Shown piece after piece: positions 27,672 to 32,000 of a stretch of 32,000 nucleotides of DNA. Position numbers and translations under genes: made by a program. The first letter of the stretch is position 1; the number at the start of each line of letters is the position of its first letter. The notes beneath the pieces are model-generated. The model had not been told where the DNA came from. It made no database searches and saw only the letters and a program-made list of their open reading frames with translations. This DNA comes from an uncultured Dysgonomonas sp. GTDB lineage: Bacteria; Bacteroidota; Bacteroidia; Bacteroidales; Dysgonomonadaceae. The stretch is from the NCBI RefSeq assembly GCF_934668725.1, contig NZ_CAKUOF010000022.1, positions 4,562 to 36,561 of the forward strand, given 5' to 3'.

Positions 27672-29090
27672 ATGCTTCGACCTTGGACTATAAAAATACA
27701 ATTCGAAAAAGATTCGAAGAAAGCAATTTATCTGCAAATTACCGATCATATCATCGATATGATAAAGAATGGGACTCTCAGATCGGGAGATGTTTTACCC
27801 AGTAGCAGATTATTAGCTATGGATATGGGAATAAACCGAAATACGGTTATCAAGGCTTTAAACATCTTGTTATCTGAGGGATGGTTATATAGTGAAGAAC
27901 GCAAAGGCTTGTTTATATCTGCCAAACTACCTATCCTAATGAGACACGAAAAAAGACTGGATATACCTCTCTCAAAAACGGGAGATCAAGGTAAAGATCC
28001 GATTATTATTTTCGACAGTGGACTACCTGATACACAAATAGCCCCTATGCGCGAATTGGCAAGCGCTTACAGGCAAATATTCAACCGCAAGTCCCGGATA
28101 AACCCGATGATAAACAGAAGTGAGTTGGGTATATTACGATTCAGAGAATCTGTTTCAAGAATGTTGAATCAAACGAGAGGTATGCACACCAACCATACAC
28201 AGGTATGCATAACAAGAGGCAGCCAAATGGCTTTATTTCTGATAGCACATGCCATATTGAATGAAGGAGATATTATTTTAGTAGAAAATCCCGGCTATGG
28301 ACCTGCATGGGAAACATTCAGGCATGCCGGAGCTAAACTGGTACCGATTGCGGTAGACGAAAAAGGGATTATAGTGGAAGATATCAAACGTATTGTTTCC
28401 ACACAACAGATAAAAGCTGTATACATAACTCCTCATCACCAATATCCGACTACCGTTATTCTAAGCTTAGAAAGGCGTTTGCAATTGATCGAATTATCCA
28501 ACCACTATAAGTTTACAATCATCGAAGACGATTACGATTGTGACTTCCACTTCGGATTTCGTCCGATAGCACCTCTGTCATCTTTAGATGGTGCTAATGA
28601 TACAATATATATAGGAACCTTCAGCAAAATGATTTCAGAAAGTTTACGTATAGGATATCTTGTTGCGAATGAAGATATTATTCAGAAGGTGGGTAATCTC
28701 AGACGTATAATAGATTTACAGGGAGATAATATTATGGAACAGGCTATATTAGAACTTATTGAATCGGGTGTTATCAGGAAACATATTCGCAAAGCATCCA
28801 AATATTATCTCAATAAACGAAACTACTTTGCTTCTTTGATTGATAAATATCTTTCGGATAAGGTTATCTATAAAATGCCCGAAGGAGGGTTGGCATTCTG
28901 GCTCAAACTAAGGAATAAACAAGATATAAAAAAACTAAATCAGGCTCTAAAACTCAGGGGTATCAACTTAGTCCACTGGACAAATTATTCTTTTGACAAT
29001 GAAATTAATGGCATACGCTTAGGGTACGCCTCACTATCAGAAAATCAGCTGGAGAAAGGAATTAAAGTATTAAGTAAAGTAATTAAATAA
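27672..29090 (+). CDS. MocR/PdxR-family regulator (GntR wHTH + class I aminotransferase-like domain)
   Basis: 472 aa; ITDHIIDMIKNGTLRSGDVLPSSRLLAMDMGINRNTVIKALNIL HTH, then CITRGSQMALFLIAHAIL...NPGYGPAWETFRHAGAKL...TPHHQYPTTV...IIEDDYDCDFHF...YIGTFSKMISESLRIGY. Confidence 0.95.
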   Translation: MLRPWTIKIQFEKDSKKAIYLQITDHIIDMIKNGTLRSGDVLPSSRLLAMDMGINRNTVIKALNILLSEGWLYSEERKGLFISAKLPILMRHEKRLDIPLSKTGDQGKDPIIIFDSGLPDTQIAPMRELASAYRQIFNRKSRINPMINRSELGILRFRESVSRMLNQTRGMHTNHTQVCITRGSQMALFLIAHAILNEGDIILVENPGYGPAWETFRHAGAKLVPIAVDEKGIIVEDIKRIVSTQQIKAVYITPHHQYPTTVILSLERRLQLIELSNHYKFTIIEDDYDCDFHFGFRPIAPLSSLDGANDTIYIGTFSKMISESLRIGYLVANEDIIQKVGNLRRIIDLQGDNIMEQAILELIESGVIRKHIRKASKYYLNKRNYFASLIDKYLSDKVIYKMPEGGLAFWLKLRNKQDIKKLNQALKLRGINLVHWTNYSFDNEINGIRLGYASLSENQLEKGIKVLSKVIK

Positions 29091-29134
29091 TCCTGCATCT
29101 AAATATATTATACTACTGTATCTAATCTCTATTA

Positions 29135-30142
29135 TTAGATATCAACTAAAGAGGATTGGAAACTTTTACGGTATTGGGTTGGAGTTACTTCCATAAAATT
29201 CATAAACTGGCGACGTAAGTTTTCGGCAGTCTTAAGCCCACAAAAAGATGCTATTTCATCCAATGAAAATTGTGTATCGATCAAATGTTGGCTAGCATTC
29301 TCAATTCTCAACTTTGTAATAAATTTAGCCGGAGTAACCTTCAATTCGCGCACAAAAACCCGTGCAAAATTCCGGGGGCTCATCGCAGCATATTCTGCAA
29401 GAGTCTCTACAGTCAGCTCTTCCCTGAGGTGCTCCAATATCCATTCGCAAACTCTCCTCATAACCGGATTTCCTATACTTTTATAATCCAGATAAGTACT
29501 AAACTGCGACTGATTTCCGGGACGTTTCAGATACAATACCAACCAGCGGGCAATATGAAGGGCAAAAGATTGACCAAGATCTTCCTCGACAAGAGCCAAT
29601 GCCAAATCCATACCCGAAGTAATCCCCGCAGCTGTATATACATTATCATCTTTTATAAAAATACGAGCTATTTGAACATCTACCAAAGGATACATTTGTG
29701 CCAGTTCTTCGTTCTTCGACCAGTGAGCTGTTGCTTTTTTCCCATCAAGCAACCCTGTTTCAGCTAGAATAAAAGCTCCAGAGCAAACCGAACATATACG
29801 GCGGATTGTTTTTGACTGATTCTTCAGCCACTTTAGCATTTTATCCTTGCTGCTTTCGTCAAGATATCTGGCCAATCCCGTTATCATCAGTGTATCTATA
29901 GGATAATCTATCTGATCATAACATCCTTCACTAAGTATTGGTAAACCGGAAGATGTATTTATAAGCTTTCCGCCTGCCATAGACACAATGTGCGTTTGGT
30001 AAGTAAAATCAACTTTATCCTGAATAAGATTAAATTGATCTATAGCTTTACTAAACACCTCTAATGGCCCTACTGTAGTCAATAGTGTTGAGTTGGGAGG
30101 TACCAATATTACAATGTGCCTTATTTCTAATTTTCTATTCAT
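29135..30142 (-). CDS. GlxA-family transcriptional regulator (DJ-1/PfpI-like domain + AraC HTH)
   Basis: 335 aa; LVPPNSTLLTTVGPLEVFSKAIDQFN, RRICSVCSGAFILAETGLLDGKKATAHWS, C-terminal AraC HTH LAEYAAMSPRNFARVFVRELKVTPAKFITKLRIENASQHL. Confidence 0.93.
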   Translation of the reverse strand: MNRKLEIRHIVILVPPNSTLLTTVGPLEVFSKAIDQFNLIQDKVDFTYQTHIVSMAGGKLINTSSGLPILSEGCYDQIDYPIDTLMITGLARYLDESSKDKMLKWLKNQSKTIRRICSVCSGAFILAETGLLDGKKATAHWSKNEELAQMYPLVDVQIARIFIKDDNVYTAAGITSGMDLALALVEEDLGQSFALHIARWLVLYLKRPGNQSQFSTYLDYKSIGNPVMRRVCEWILEHLREELTVETLAEYAAMSPRNFARVFVRELKVTPAKFITKLRIENASQHLIDTQFSLDEIASFCGLKTAENLRRQFMNFMEVTPTQYRKSFQSSLVDI

Positions 30143-30312
30143 AATTTTTTATTCCAACATTTTAATAAACACAAGTATTTATTCGGTTTTCATTACCCTA
30201 TTAATTAGTTCATAAAGATCCTAGACCTAAAAGTAAATATTATTTGACAGAACAAGTCAATTTTGGCAGTAATTGTATATTTTTTGTCATTTCAGACAAG
30301 AATATTATAATG

Positions 30313-30320
30313 TAACTTTG
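30313..30320 (+). promoter_or_regulatory. Candidate Bacteroidetes -7 element for the cupin-gap unit
   Basis: TAACTTTG matches TAnnTTTG, 30 nt before the ATG at 30351; nearest upstream TTTG (30283-30286) is at a longer-than-ideal spacing. Confidence 0.4.
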
Positions 30321-30350
30321 TAATACAATAAAATACTAAAGACAAAGACA

Positions 30351-31839
<1,489 letters not shown>

Positions 31840-31852
31840 CTATCTAAGAAAA

Positions 31853-31885
31853 GGCAGGCTGTATAAAAATACAGCCTGCCTTTTT
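31853..31885. terminator. Strong rho-independent terminator after gap, shared with the convergent exonuclease gene
   Basis: ggcaggctgta (31853-31863) / tacagcctgcc (31870-31880), 6-nt loop, TTTTT tract. Confidence 0.92.
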
Positions 31886-31897
31886 GTATGGAGGTTA

Positions 31898-32000
31898 TTA
31901 CAACAGCTGCAATGCTATTTCTGCACATGCTTCTGCATCGGCTAAAGCGTGATGATGATTCTTCAGAATATAACCACAATCTTCTGCCACAGTATGTAAC
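31898..32000 (-). CDS. 3'-5' exonuclease (DEDDh / DnaQ-like) C-terminus, truncated by window edge
   Basis: Manual minus-strand translation ending at TAA 31900-31898: LHTVAEDCGYILKNHHHALADAEACAEIALQLL. HHALADAEACA matches the ExoIII (HxxxxD) motif. Confidence 0.7.
   Translation of the reverse strand, partial: LHTVAEDCGYILKNHHHALADAEACAEIALQLL

Noticed and set aside
29270-29767. 165-aa plus-strand ORF opposite the GlxA-type regulator
   Set aside because: Complete overlap with a strongly supported AraC-type gene; no domain features.

Overview
This 32 kb window looks like a Bacteroidales (Dysgonomonas/Bacteroides-like) chromosome. I saw no rRNA, tRNA, CRISPR array or intact mobile element. From left to right it contains: a truncated GH2-family glycoside hydrolase; a DtxR/MntR-type regulator divergent from feoA and a FeoB split into separate GTPase and permease genes; an isolated KASIII (FabH-like) gene; a DUF4251 lipoprotein; a K+-channel-like protein with an atypical filter; an eight-gene same-strand block (DoxX, two Gfo/Idh/MocA oxidoreductases with twin-arginine N-termini, DUF1080, sugar isomerase/epimerase, ApbE, TatA, TatC); an ECF sigma / FecR / TonB receptor / DUF4249 / beta-barrel / lipoprotein block; a GH3 enzyme; a GNAT acetyltransferase; YggS divergent from a MocR-type regulator; a GlxA-type regulator divergent from cupin + GAPDH; and the C-terminus of a DEDD exonuclease. 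The most interesting candidate is the 7.7-15.7 kb block. It reads as an envelope-localised 3-keto-glycoside oxidation/cleavage module that carries its own minimal Tat translocase, plus ApbE and DoxX as possible redox accessories. Its oxidoreductase/isomerase/DUF1080 core resembles known Bacteroidetes 3-keto-glycoside loci, so the possible novelty is the coupling to Tat, ApbE and DoxX. All functional calls are from reading the sequence only; no database search was run.
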